Shown here piece after piece: positions 1 to 12,696 of a stretch of 64,000 nt of DNA. Below the pieces are notes generated by a model. It was not told the origin of the DNA. It saw only the letters and a list, made by a program, of their open reading frames with translations, and made no database searches. The translations under genes and the position numbers were made by a program. Numbering within the stretch: position 1 is the stretch's first letter; each line of letters begins with the position of its first letter. The stretch lies in assembly GCF_009914755.1 (NCBI RefSeq), contig NC_060939.1. One strand, given 5' to 3'. The stretch is from the human T2T-CHM13v2.0 reference genome, Homo sapiens.

Positions 1-57
1 TGTCTTTAGTGTTTAAGTCAGTTTCATTTCTGTCATTTCCAACCGAATGAATCTTAA

Positions 58-185
58 CCCATTTATGCCAGAGGTTGCACATTTTTTTTGTGAAAACTCA
101 GACCTTGGCGATGACCTTGAGCAGTAGGGTATAAATAACTCCCACAAGCTTAGCGTTCCAATAATGGAACACTAGGCATAATTGG
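58..185 (+). mobile_element. MER85 piggyBac-derived MITE
   Basis: TTAA at 54-57, then CCCATTTATGCC...CAGACCTTGGCGATGACCTTGAGCAGTAGG...GTTCCAATAATGGAACACTAGGCATA, matching the recalled MER85 consensus. The right TIR and TTAA are eroded. Confidence 0.9.
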
Positions 186-2018
186 TACAAAGCACAAGAC
201 CTGACCAACTGTGCACTACAGAGGATATACACGTATTATACGTGCAAATTCTTGCATAAATTAGCAATGCGCAGTTTCTACAGAGTTATAGTATCCACCA
301 AATACTCATTGACATTACCTTTATAATGCTATAAATGAACAAACAATACTAAAAAATAACCACAATGATTTTTTGAAACAATGATAACAGAACTTAACCT
401 ATAAAGTAGACATCAGTGCTTCACAGAAACCACAGCTGGAGGCATAATCACGTTCCAGTGAGCTCACCACCACTCAGCATGTTGCAGGATTCCTATACTG
501 CAAAGGCCAAGGGAAAATCACTCTTCTATTTCACCATCTACTTCTACCACACACATGTGAAATACACCATGGGGGAGGAGAGGAAGATTCATAGTTACTT
601 AAGAGTATGAAAATGCTGGGAGGAAGATTCTAAACTGAATCATAATGGAGAAATTAAAACAAGCACAGAAGGAAGATTAGAACGTTTGAAGTCAAAGTAA
701 CTTTTTAAAAATCAAGGAACATTTCAAAATATCCAAGGTACCATTTTAGTTTGCCAAGTTCCAACCTGGAGTGCTATTTTATGGATCAGTTTATCAGGCC
801 CCCAAAATAAGGAGCAATGTAGGAAACAGGATCAGCCTGTCCCCTCGCCTGAAGCCCCAAAGACCATTAGAAATGCAACCTCAGTAGTATCCAAGGGAAA
901 GAAACAGTTCCCAGATGGCCTTTGCCGTGTCAGTCCTTCTAGCCACCAACCCTGCTCAGACATAAAACCCTACTCAGCACAGCGGCTCACCTAGGTTCAC
1001 CTTTCAAGTACACTGAGTGCTTCATGGAGGAAGTTTCTTAGACTTCTCCTCACCTACAAGAGCCGGCAAGGCTACTCTCAGACCATGTCCAAGGCTATCA
1101 TAACACAGGGTCACCAACAGGGCACGAAACCTATGGCTGCCATGTTCAGCCAGGAAGAGCATGTTCCCATGGGAAAGCTTGGATTAATCTGATTAATCTT
1201 TCTAGGAAAGATTAGGAAACTTCTAGGAAACTTAAAGAATGTACTTTGCAGATGTCCCAGTAAATTAATTTTCCCGATTTCTAAACTCCTGATGTTTGAA
1301 AGCTAATCCAAACTAGATAGGGCCTAACTGACTGCTCATTAGCTCAGCCTATTAAAAGGCCCATTGTCATTCTCAGGACAGCCACATTTACTGAATATTT
1401 CATGTAATGCAAGAAGGACCAGAAGCAAAATATGTAACTCTCCTCTGTATCTGTGTTCCTGACTAGTGCAGAGCCTGAGTCTGGCACAACCTTAAATCCG
1501 CACATTACTCCCGCACCAAAAAGCAAGCTGATGCAAGGTTTGAGAGCAGGGAAGGAGAGATTGTATTTTTAAGCAAGTTCAGAAATTTCTCCCTACAGTC
1601 TTGCGTGGCTGCTCTTGTTTTAACTTGTTCCATCACACCCACCCCACCCTGATTTTGTTAATTTTATTTCCTCATTAAAGGCTAAACAGTCTATCAAAAG
1701 AATGCCTCAAAACTCTCCTTAGGGACAAAAATGCAAACACAAGCACCATTTATCATGTCAGTGATCCTCAGTATCACACCACTAAAGGGGATGGAAGGCG
1801 GCCATTAGACAAACATCCCATTATCTCATCTACAAGCACGCTGAGTTCTGACCATGGACTAGAGTCTGATGAACGGTGGCGTGAGCAGAGAGAACAGTGA
1901 GAAGAAGACACATCTGTCCTTTGTTTCGTTGCATGGCCCTGCTTGAAGGTGCTCAAACGGGAAAATCCACTCCCGATGGCCCACAGGTGCTATTCCTCAG
2001 GTTTAACAGTCCTTAGCG

Positions 2019-2188
2019 ATGTGGTTTTCAACACCAGCTGAACATCAGAACCACCTGGGAGTCTTTACTTTGCCAGATGTCCCCAGGATGTCTAATTAAA
2101 GTGGTTCTCTGTGGGTGGGACCCAGGCGTGAGTAGCTGTTAAAGCTTCCCAGGTGATGCTAAGGTACAGCCAGGACTGAGAACCACTG
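2019..2188. mobile_element. MER5-family hAT-Charlie MITE
   Basis: GTGGTTTTCAA...TGAGAACCACTG termini and internal CCCAGGTGATGCTAA motif. Confidence 0.75.
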
Positions 2189-2279
2189 CCGTAGAGAAAT
2201 CCCTCTGCCTCTGTGCCGGTACGTCAAGACAGAACTAGGTAGGGTCAGGGGCTCAGGTTAAAAATAGCACACTGCAGGG

Positions 2280-2563
2280 GGCCAGGCATAGTGGCTCATG
2301 CCTATAATCCCAGGACTTTGGCAGGCCAAGGCGAGAGGATCACTTGAGCCCAGGGGTTCAAGACCAGCCTGGGCAACACAGTGAAACCCATCTCTACCAA
2401 AACAAAAATTAGCCAGGTGTGGTGGTGCACGCCTGTGGTCCCAGCTACTCAGGAGCGAGGATCACCTGAGCGCAGGAGGTCAAGGCTGTGGCAAGCCATG
2501 ATCACACCACTGCACTCCAGCCTGGGTGACAGAGTGAGATCGTGTCTCCAAAAAAAAAAAAAA
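2280..2563 (+). mobile_element. AluJ
   Basis: Dimeric Alu with J-type GATCACTTGAGCCCAGG and GAGGTCAAGGCTG, plus A tail. Confidence 0.9.
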
Positions 2564-2912
2564 GCCATACTGACATCAAATCCACACACAACCAACTGTC
2601 AGACCAAAGACCCTGTTTCCTATTAAAAGGTATTTTTTAGGTGCTAGTAATTGTACGGGGTCTTCCTCACTTTTGTAAGGAGGCAGAAAGAACAGAAAAA
2701 CCCTAATGTCTCCATTTGAGACTCAAAGCTCTCTTGAGGTTTCAGAGATGCCCTCTATCCAGCACAATCACCTCTAATACTCACCTTGCCCACACAGACT
2801 AGGCTAAGGAGAAAGTCAATGTACTGCCATCCAGTCCACACACAGCAGCTGAGCTCAACTGCAAAACTTGTTTACAAATAACAAGGTAATTCTAAAGCAG
2901 TCACATAATTTA

Positions 2913-2988
2913 TTCCCAATGTCACCGGGATACTAAACCAAGACACATTGTTTCCAATGTCACCAGAATACTAAACCAAGACACACTG
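2913..2988. repeat. 2 x 38-bp tandem duplication
   Basis: TTCCCAATGTCACCGGGATACTAAACCAAGACACATTG followed by TTTCCAATGTCACCAGAATACTAAACCAAGACACACTG. Confidence 0.9.
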
Positions 2989-3191
2989 CATTTTCATACA
3001 AAGATAAGTCTTTAAACTACAGAAGCACAACCCCCAGAAGTCAGCAGTGGGGTCCCACGATCTCCTGGGAGGAAATGCCACCTGTGCTCCAACTTCATCT
3101 GGGGACATTTGTAGCCCCATGAAATGTCCTTAAACAGGTGACAGGTCATCCACATTAGGGTTGTTCAAAGAGAGACCCAGAGTATAAGAGC

Positions 3192-3562
3192 CCCAGGTTC
3201 TCCCCCCACACTGCATCTTAAAATCACTTTTAAAAACCCTGGCACCCAAATCATACCCCAGACTAAAACAGATCAGGATGTTGGGGGACAGGCCAGTGCA
3301 TGGCAAGTTTTAAAGCAGTGGTTCTCACACTTTAGCACGTATCTAAATCCCCTGGAGGACCCGTGAAACTACAGATGACTGGACCCTCCCCCAGGGTTTC
3401 TGATTCACAGCTCTGGCCTGAAAATGTGCATGTCTAACAAGTTCCCACGTGATGCTGATGCTGCTGGCCCGGGGGCCACACTGTAAGAATCGAGAATCGA
3501 ATCACAGCTTCAGAGGCGCCCCAGGTGGCTTTAGTTACTGCGGCCAGAACTCGGGAGCACTG
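3192..3562. mobile_element. MER5A (about 3316-3491) nested in an older MER5-like element
   Basis: Inner CAGTGGTTCTCA...TCTAACAAGTTCCCACGTGATGCTGATGCTGCTGG. The outer halves resume with CCCCAGGTGGCTTT...GGGAGCACTG. Confidence 0.65.
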
Positions 3563-3910
3563 TATTATTAAGAGTGAGCTCCTGGCCAGGGCACCAGGAG
3601 GAGGGAATTCTTATCCAAGCTCGGCTACAAGGTTTTTTGGACCTCAACTTGCTCTTGATATATAAAATTGAGGGACTGCATGAAAGAGATCCTAGGTTCC
3701 TTGCAGAAACAAAACGATGACTTTTTCAAAGGACTGCCGACACTAAGACACATAGAAAGGAAAAGGAAGTGGTCTCAGGGCAATAAAACAGCTTTTGAAA
3801 TATAGGGGAAGGTAAGTTCTCACTCATGTGGCTTCAGTGCACTTGGAGACACACAAAGGATGTGGGCTGTGCGTGTGTTCTAAGCTGGTCATGCTGCTGC
3901 CCCGACTCAC

Positions 3911-4076
3911 CTGTTAGAACCTTGCAGAGCTGCTCAGGTCTCTGGGCCTCAGCAGAAGGGCTGGGGGTCAAGGACCATTTGCGCCTGATCAGATGTTCTC
4001 GTCCACTGAATGGGCCCTGGGAGTTGTTGAGGGGCTGGATTAGCACCTGCTCCTGCCCAAGCTGAATGAGGCCAAC
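3911..4076 (-). CDS. ADAMTS17: ADAMTS17 coding exon 3 (166 nt, prodomain)
   Basis: Acceptor ttccttctcctttctggacag|GTT and donor ACAG|gtgagt. Encodes [34 protein letters not shown]...CKVLT. The phase 0 start matches the end of exon 2. The gene continues left of the window. Confidence 0.97.
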
Positions 4077-4814
4077 CTGTCCAGAAAGGAGAAGGAAACG
4101 CGATGTCGGTCATCCTCACTCACACACGCCCATGGCCCCCCGGAGAGGCAGGCAAGACCACCTTGCTGTGATTTGGTTTTCCAGGTCTGGGCTCGTTTCT
4201 TTGCAGATTGGTCAGATTTACCTGAGCCCAAGAGTGAGCTTGTGTGTGACTTACAAACATACCACAGAGCAGCTGCGTTGGGGGTAGGGGTACAGAGACA
4301 GATACAACAGCATCCATTTTCCATGTTGGCTTTCAGAGAAGATGAACTACTTCATTATCAAATTTTTAATTTTAAAATTATTTTTTAAGTTACTTCAAAA
4401 ATCATCCCCCCAAAAGTCCACCTGGGAGGCAACACTGAAATTGTTGGGAATGACATTTGTATCCCTAATGGAAAAATGTATCTTATCCCTGGGTATATTA
4501 AGAGTAACATTAGTATTGTTTTGACAGCATCAAAACAATTTGCCCTCCTTCAGCAGGCACCTGCTGCTAGTTTCCCTTCTTATGCAGAGTCAAAATGGTA
4601 AATCTCTCAAGGAAATCGAACCCAGGCAGGGCCAGGGGAGGACCTGGTTTGAACACTGATCGATGCAGTCAACATCCCCTTCTCCTGGGAACAATCCCGA
4701 ACTGCCTTTGATCGCAGATTCAGGAGATCTGGCGGATGAGTCTCAGGGGGCCATGGCATCCTTTCTTGTCTCCCTCTTCCACCCTCACTTTTCAAAAGCC
4801 ATGACACACTACAC

Positions 4815-4932
4815 CCCTGGTTCTCAAAGCCTAGCGTGTGCCCAAATCACCTGGAGGTCCTGCTGGAGCCCAAGAATGTGCATTTCTAAGAAGTTTCCAT
4901 GTAATACAGGGACCACACTTGGAGAAACAGCA
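4815..4932. mobile_element. MER5A fragment
   Basis: CTGGTTCTCAAAG...AATCACCTGGAGG...TGCATTTCTAAGAAGTTTCC...GACCACACTTGGAGAA. Confidence 0.7.
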
Positions 4933-6372
4933 CTCCCCACCACACGCAGAGCTAACTCCAGTCTCAAGTATAAAACTCACTTAAGCCAAATGAGATAGAC
5001 CCCAGCTCTACGTTCTGAAAGGATGCACCAGTACCAAGATTCCTGGAAAGTAAATCAGATCAACTAATAAGATCGCCTACAATCTTGCGTCCCCAAGATA
5101 CAGGGTGAGGCCATACTTACCGCTCTAAGCATATTTCAAGGTTTCCATTTCATTAGAACTTTTGCCAAGAAAAACTCAAAGATTTTACTGCCCAAATAAA
5201 ACTGTCTCAAAGTGGCACTGCATGACCTGCAGGAGAGCACAGCTTTCCTCCCTCTCCTTCAAAGTGAAAACTTGAGTTTGTTCACTAGGAAACTTTGGGG
5301 AAACTGAAGAAATGGAAGACGGTGACCACAGTGGGATCTGCAGAGCTCCATCACAGCTGTGCGCGATGCGGCCTCGGTGCAGAACACCCGAAAACTGCCG
5401 CAGTCAAGAAAGAGTGGGCAGGGTACGGCACAGTGCCTGGGATGGAGCCCCGCGTGGGAGGACCCCCCACCTGCTCCCCAGAGGATACGCTTCACTCTAA
5501 TGAGGGGCTGCACTCATTTGGAAACACCCTGGCTGTGGGTCAAAGCCCCCCCAGGATCTAGCACTTTCAAAGCTAGTTATTATTCGTTCAGTCTAGAGTT
5601 TGCATTCACAAACCCCGGCATAAAAAGCAGTCAGCTGTTAGTTCTAAGCTGATACAAATTTTTAAAGACAGGGAGATCTCACCTTGGTGAGAAATCCTAC
5701 ACATACACACTCATATACACATGCAAAGCATCACTTAGCACCTTAGGGAAGGTTTTTCTTTACAATTCTCAGGGCCCCCATGTGCTGGTTTCTATAAACT
5801 TAAGGAAGAAAACAGCAATGCTGGGGAAAGATGGATGAATGGACTAGTGGGTACTCGCCCCGGCAGCCACTTGCCCTCTTGGGCCCCGACCTCGAACAGG
5901 GATGTGGCCAGGCTAGCACCAGGAAGGAGGGGTTGTACAGGGCCCTCACCCTGGGAACCTGCGTGAGGAAGGGCCCTGCCTCCTCCTCCCTCACTGTCTC
6001 ACTGTCCCCAGGTTCCTTCAAGCCTAACACTGCCATTGTCAGCATGCCACCAGTGGTCAAACGTCCTGTTGAGAAGTGCCACCTATGCATTACACACAGT
6101 CTCACCCCAAATACCCACCAGCCTTCCTTCTCTCTCCCTGACCTCTCTTCCCTAAATAAACCCCCTTCCCCGCAGCCCCCTGCACTCTTACATTCCAGCC
6201 CACTACCCCATGTTATAGGACCTTTTCACGACCTAACGGTTTGTTCCACTGAGGCAAGATCAGAATTATTCCTCCTGTTTTTGCCAATGTCTGCCACATA
6301 ACAGTTACTCAGAAAGAAAAAATTCGACTGAAAATGCAGTTACGTGCACAGACTGCCTGCAGCCCCCTGGCT

Positions 6373-6551
6373 CAGGGCTTCTCATCCCCGGCTACATATT
6401 GTTATGATCTGGGGAGCTTCGAAAACTCCTGATGCCTCAGCCCCTACTCCAGGCCAAGTGAATCGGAATCTCTGGGGTGGAGCCCAGGCACTGATATTTT
6501 TTCAAAGGTGACCAGGAAAATTCAATGTGTAGCCAGGGTTGAGAAGCGCCG
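6373..6551. mobile_element. MER5-family MITE
   Basis: CAGGGCTTCTCA...ATCGGAATCTCTGGGGTGGAGCCCAGGCA...GCCAGGGTTGAGAA. Confidence 0.75.
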
Positions 6552-7548
6552 TCCTAGCTTTTCACTGGGTGCTGGAGACCCTGGACACCTACTGCCTTGA
6601 TTCCATGTGGAGAGGTCCTTGGATTTGGAACCTGGGACTTCCTCTGTGGAGCTCTGCCCACTGCCCTTGCTTCTGGCCCACGACTGCGCGTGGCCCCAAA
6701 AGCTGAGCAGGGCTTCTTGGATCTGTGTGACTCCCGTGTCACCATCTATGCGGGGAAGGGAGACTCAGGGAAATGTTTGTCCAAGGCCTCTTCTGTCCCA
6801 TTGATGGCGATGAAGAAACACTAGCTATGAGCCTGTGCCTTAGACACAAGAGGCCTGCAACCGTCCTCCAAAGAGACAAACTTTGTAGAAATAAATGCCT
6901 ATGGCAGACAGAACTGGCAGCCCTGAAGCCCCTTGGTTTTAAGGCATATAATAAAGCCCCCAATGAAATGGTGCTCTTAAAAGAGAAATCTTCAGTTTTG
7001 CAGGATTTGGTATGCTATACTATAAGTGTGGCTCAAATAAAATGGATCAGGCAATAACTTGATATTTCAGCAGTTGTGAGTGGTTACCTTTCAACTCTCT
7101 TTGTTGTGGGTACTTGCTTTGAAGGGTTCTATTAAGACAGAGTTGTAAATCAGGCATTGTTCACGCCACACCACCTCGTGCCTGAAGCAGGACGAGCTCT
7201 CACTGCAGTGTGGAAAGTGTGAAAGACATAGAGGTTTTTATCACCTAACGTTAGCACATGTTCTCGGCATAGCTTAGAAAATGCAGTTAAGATAACAGAG
7301 AACGTCTGTCCTGTGTGCTTCAAAGCAGCATGCCTCTGTGGGAGGGGACAAAGTCACACGATTCCACAAAGACCGCAATGGAATTCCCTTTCTTCAGGAG
7401 TCTGCAGCTCCTCAGTTAACATGAGTGGGTCTCAGGTCTCCTTCTCTAGGTCAAGATGGGTTGAGAGGATAGGGCCAACGGGGTGGTGAGTTTGCTTCCT
7501 GTAGGGACCAACCAGCTTCCAAGAAGAAAAAGCCACCCTGTAACTGCA

Positions 7549-7645
7549 GATCCTCCCGTCCTGCCTCTGACTCTCCGGCGGGCACACACCTCTTTCGATC
7601 CTCCCGTCCTGCCCCCCGACTCTCGGGTGGGCACGCACCTCTTTC
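7549..7645. repeat. 2 x 48/49-bp tandem duplication in a CpG-rich patch
   Basis: GATCCTCCCGTCCTGCC...GGGCAC(A/G)CACCTCTTTC occurs twice. Confidence 0.9.
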
Positions 7646-8059
7646 CGTGGAAGGAGGCTCCCCCACGCAACACGGCCACGCGGGGCTTCCCAACCTGCAC
7701 CCCTTCTGAGGCACCACCTGGAGGGCCCCTCCCCCGGTCCCGCCGCCTCCTCGAATGTGAAATGCCTGAGCACAGACGCTTGGTCTTCTTCCCAAAGCAA
7801 GCCTCTCCTTGGTAATGTGGGGGTCCCTCACTTCAGTGTCAGCCCTTTCAGACCACTAGTCAGTGCCAGCCAGCCAAAAAGGACTGCCAGCCTGCCCTTC
7901 AGAGTCCCTCTCGTGTGGTCTTCCTTCCTTTCTGAGGCTTGCCATGGTCGGAGGCTTGAGCCTGGTCACCTCCCTGCTCTAAGTGCTCCCCTCGTTCAGT
8001 CCTCCCCATACGGCTAGCCCCAGGATTCCCCAACTACCCATCCTCCATCGCCTCTCAGC

Positions 8060-8243
8060 CAGTGACCCTCAGAGTGCCCTCCCAGGACGGCAGCATCAGC
8101 ACCCCCGGGGGAACTTGTGAGAAATGCAAGCTCTCAGGCCCACCCCAGACCTGCTACATCAAAAACTCCTGGATGGGGCCCAGCAGTCAGTTTAACGGGC
8201 CCTCCAGGGGACTGTAACGCCGGCTCAAGGTTGAGAACCACTG
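8060..8243. mobile_element. MER5A
   Basis: GCAGCATCAGCACC...GAACTTGTGAGAAATGCAAG...CCCCAGACCTGCT...TTGAGAACCACTG. Confidence 0.8.
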
Positions 8244-9791
8244 CTCTAGGATCAAGTCCAAATGCCTTCGGTTGGCACCCAGAGACCTGCCCCATTTAAT
8301 CCACACGCCTGCCAGTTCAGTTCCTCTACCCCCATCTCTCCCGTAAAACCACCACCCCACAAATCCACTCATGGGTCCCTTATCTCAGGACAATGGGGCC
8401 TCGGTGACTTTTCAGTCACTCACTTCTCCCTCCTGGAATCTGAAGGCTACCCTCCTCCCTCCCCAGAGCCCCGCCCTGCCCAGTTCCAGGCTCCAGCACA
8501 CCTACCTCCAGGAGGCTGGGACTGCCTTCCCAGACAGGGCCTGCATTGTCTTTCTCTCTGAGCCTTGCTGGGCGCCTACCAGAGCATCCTGCACGTGGCA
8601 GGTGCGTGATAATGATCTGCTCATTCAGGCAACAGCGATGACTGATCAGCTGATGTATAACTAGAAAAGTCTGGGAACAGCCTGCGGGGCAGGAGAAGCG
8701 GCCTGTTTTTAATGCCTTAATGTGCCAGGCTCTCACTAAATGATTTCACAGACTTTATCTTCTTCCATTCTACCAACAGCCTTGCAGGGCCATGTTATTT
8801 ACCCCTGTATGGCTGCAGGCAGAAAGGTTCAAAGGAGTTAAGTGACTCGCTCAAGATCACAGCTCCAAATGGCCAAACAGTTTCATTTCCTAAGAAGCAA
8901 GAATGTGACTATGCATCTGGGGACCTGTGCACAGAAGCGGGTCCAGGGAAAAGTTAACCAACCACTCTGCATGGTTCCCTCAGATGTACTGGCTGCAAAA
9001 AACATCTTCCCCATCACACACATCCAAGATCAGGCAGCTGCAGTATTTCAGAGTTCAGGAAGTAAGCTCCAAGAATGCAATCAGTCAAAGAAGACTGCTT
9101 CACTTCATCGTCCCATCTTTTACTTCTTTTTCGTTTGTTTTTAAATGTTGTCAACAAAAGTTCAAAGTGGGAAAATCTAACGTGTGTCCTAGACGATGCT
9201 GGTGGGCAGCCTGGTGCAGGAGCAGTCAGTGCCTGGCAGCCTAAGAGGAGTCAGCCCAGCCCTGGAGAGCTGCAGCTGGATGAAGCCCTGAGTAATCAGG
9301 AGGAAAACAAGAGTATGCAGGGCTGGAGAGGACAAAGGCGGACAAAGAGAAGCCACCATGAGGCCACAGGAATGTTGTTCCAGAGGTGGCAGCCAGAGGC
9401 CTTAGAACTTTCTGAGTTCTTCCCTCCAATACTTCCGTGCCTCTCAACTCCACAAAACTGTCTTTGCCCTTCTTCCATTCCTGCCAAAGTGCCCCTTAAC
9501 ATCCACTCAATTGTTTCTTTTTACAAAGTTCTATATATGTGCTTTGTATTCTCCAAACATATTTATTCTGCACACGATCAAGTCCTCAGCAATAATAAGT
9601 AATCACTTAGGACTACGTACCTTCCTCAGACCTGTCTCAATATAATGTTGTATTATAATGCAGACCCTTCCAATGGGTCTCCACACCATATAATTTTTGA
9701 CAAGACTAACTCCTACTCAGCTGTTCTCCATCGAGTAGGCTGCATTATAAAGCTGGGCAATTTTGTAAATCAATCAATCGAAAGGGTTTGA

Positions 9792-10195
<404 letters not shown>

Positions 10196-10462
10196 GCCCC
10201 CATCTATTCTTATCTGGACTACACTTGCTCCCCTATAAATTAGAGGTATGCATTCTCTAAAGTTCTCAAGTGGACTGGAATAGCTGTACGGAACTATGAA
10301 TGTCCCATGTGCCACAAATGACGTGCTACCAACATGGACACGTGGTCTGCAGTCAGGCTGACCAGTCAGAGTGAGGTGGGCTGGGCCACCAGACTGACCC
10401 CAGTGATTCCAAATAAGAGTCCTACAGCATGTGGCTGTGGCAACAGAAGAGCTATGGTAGGA

Positions 10463-10550
10463 GGATCCCCGACCTTCTCACAGTCCTTCAAGGTGGCCTG
10501 GAACGTGGATCCCTGACCTTCTCACAGTCCTTCAAGGTGACCTGGAACGC
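10463..10550. repeat. 2 x 44-bp tandem duplication
   Basis: GGATCCC(C/T)GACCTTCTCACAGTCCTTCAAGGTG(G/A)CCTGGAACG(T/C) occurs twice. Confidence 0.9.
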
Positions 10551-11489
10551 GGTTATGGCTTAATGTTTTGCAGCCCAGAGCTCCTTGGTGGTCTGTCTGG
10601 TCCCACCATCTCACAGTGTGCCCCTGGCAGGCCACAGCTTTTTCCAAGAAGGGGTGGACACATTCCAGTGGGTGGCCTTCCCAAGCTTTGTGAGTATCAT
10701 CCAAGAAAGGATGGCCACTGCTTGGCAGACCAAACCCGACAGCAGGGGGCCTCCAGCCCTCCCCTCCTCTCGTTCACTCTTCCTAAAACAAGTCCTCCAG
10801 CCACTCACTTCAGACAAGCTGCAAAGATTCTTTTCAGAGCCTGACGCTCATGCTGTTCTTGAAGTGCCCTCTCCGCTATCCTGTCTACCTATGAAGTTCA
10901 GCCTGATTCCAATTCCACTGGCCTTCCACGATCCAGTCCTGATCACAGAGGCAGCTGATCCGAACTTACATAAATTCACGAAGAGTGTAAAGGCCTTCCT
11001 CAGACACCTGAAGTTCATGCTTTGAAATGATATGCTCATAGAAACACTTCCAAAAAACCCATGCTCTAAAGACTCTTGGAAATGTAAATACAATGAAGAA
11101 GCATAAACAGAAAACAATTAATACTTAAGTCTATGGCCTTTGAAGATCCAAAAGGCGCAGCTGGCCCAGCTTTTCAGGATAAGACACCAAGAAAGGAATG
11201 CGGCAGGCCCATGCCTCTATCTGCTGTCAAAAGGAAAAGGAGCAAAAATGGAACAGGTGCTTTACTCTCCATGGCCCCTAAACAGCTATGGAATGATCTA
11301 TTCTAATAGTTCGTCTCCTTTAAACAGACAGCAAACATCTCTGGAGACAAACAGCACAGATTCCATGCAACATGGAATAGAACGTGTGTGCCCCCAGCCC
11401 AGGCACTCAACACTCTCTACTGAGCCCTTTAGGAGATGTTCAATACAGTGGGACTTACCAGCAATTAACATGATACTCAACATCCGGAA

Positions 11490-11660
11490 CGAAGTTTTGT
11501 TGAACGTGGCCACATCCATTCGCTCGTATGCCATCCGTAGCTGTAGCTGCTTTCACACTGAAAGGGCAGCTTTGAGCAGCTGCAACAAAGGCTATGTGGC
11601 CCCCAAAGCCTAAACTATTTATTATCTGGTCCTTAAGAGAAGAAGTTTGCCCGACTCTTG
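11490..11660. mobile_element. MER58-like hAT-Charlie fragment
   Basis: GCTGCTTTCACACT...TTGAGCAGCTGCAACA...AAAGCCTAAACTATTTATTATCTGGTCC...AAGTTTGCC. Confidence 0.65.
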
Positions 11661-12589
11661 CTCCTCATTTTTAGATACAAGGACACTTCGAAATGCCCCT
11701 CCTCCACGGCCACCAAAAATCATCTACTTATAGCCTCCCTTCCCACACCTTATAGCCGAGCCTGTCGTAGCAAATACACACACACACAACTCCACATCTC
11801 CACTCACAGAGCTTCTACCACAGTACCACAGTCAAGAGGGACTAACACAACATCATCAGCCACCTGAACTGAGAACCAAAGTCAAAGCTAGTCTGCAATG
11901 CAAACTTGGTTAGCCCAAATTCCTGTTGCTTTCTTTTCTTTACGCTTTCAGGACCACCTTGCAAACAAAGGGTCCACCTCCAAGTCACCCCACTGTCTCT
12001 TCCCTCCGGCCTTCAGTACGTACAGAGGGGGAAGTGTCCAATGTCCAGCTCACACGAACGGGATGAACAAGGCAGACTAAACAACAGAAGTGTCTGCTCC
12101 GGCAGGAATTTAAAAGCTGAAGTCTTAGAGGTACAACCGCCACTGGCACACACTGAACTCAGCCTGTTGGCCAGGTTCCTTTATCTAAAGCACAGCACCC
12201 TCACATGGTGCTAAAGGGAAGGACAGTCTTGCCGAGAAGCTGGCTGAGATGCCATCTATGACAGGGCCCAGCCCTCATTCTGCAAGGATTTTAAATCAAT
12301 GTTATCCAGCTTTCCACCTCGGCGCCTTCACAGATAGCTCCTTGCTGGAAACTTTACACCAAGAAGTATAAACTCTGACCTCTACAGAAACTCACTAAAC
12401 CGCAGCAAATGGGATTCAGATGTTTCCATGTACAGTACAATGATGTGACTTAGACTTTAAACACTTTGGCAAAAACAGGAAAAATGATGTGGCCCTTCCA
12501 GTCCCTCCCAGAACATGATACAGCCTTGACCCGAGCCCTACAGTGATCTGAGCCTTTCTCACTCCTACTTAAGCCTCCTTGCCTACAAC

Positions 12590-12696
12590 CCACATTCCCC
12601 GCCCCAGGTCCACATTCCCCGCCCCAGGTCCACATTCCCCGCCCCAGGTCCACATTCCCCGCCCCAGGTCCACATTCCCCGCCCCAGGTCCACATT
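12590..12696. repeat. Perfect 20-bp minisatellite, 5.3 copies
   Basis: (CACATTCCCCGCCCCAGGTC)x5 plus CACATT, with no mismatches. Confidence 0.97.

Noticed and set aside
12590-12696. CRISPR-like array (also considered for 57627-57786)
   Set aside because: Head-to-tail repeats with no spacers, in a human locus.
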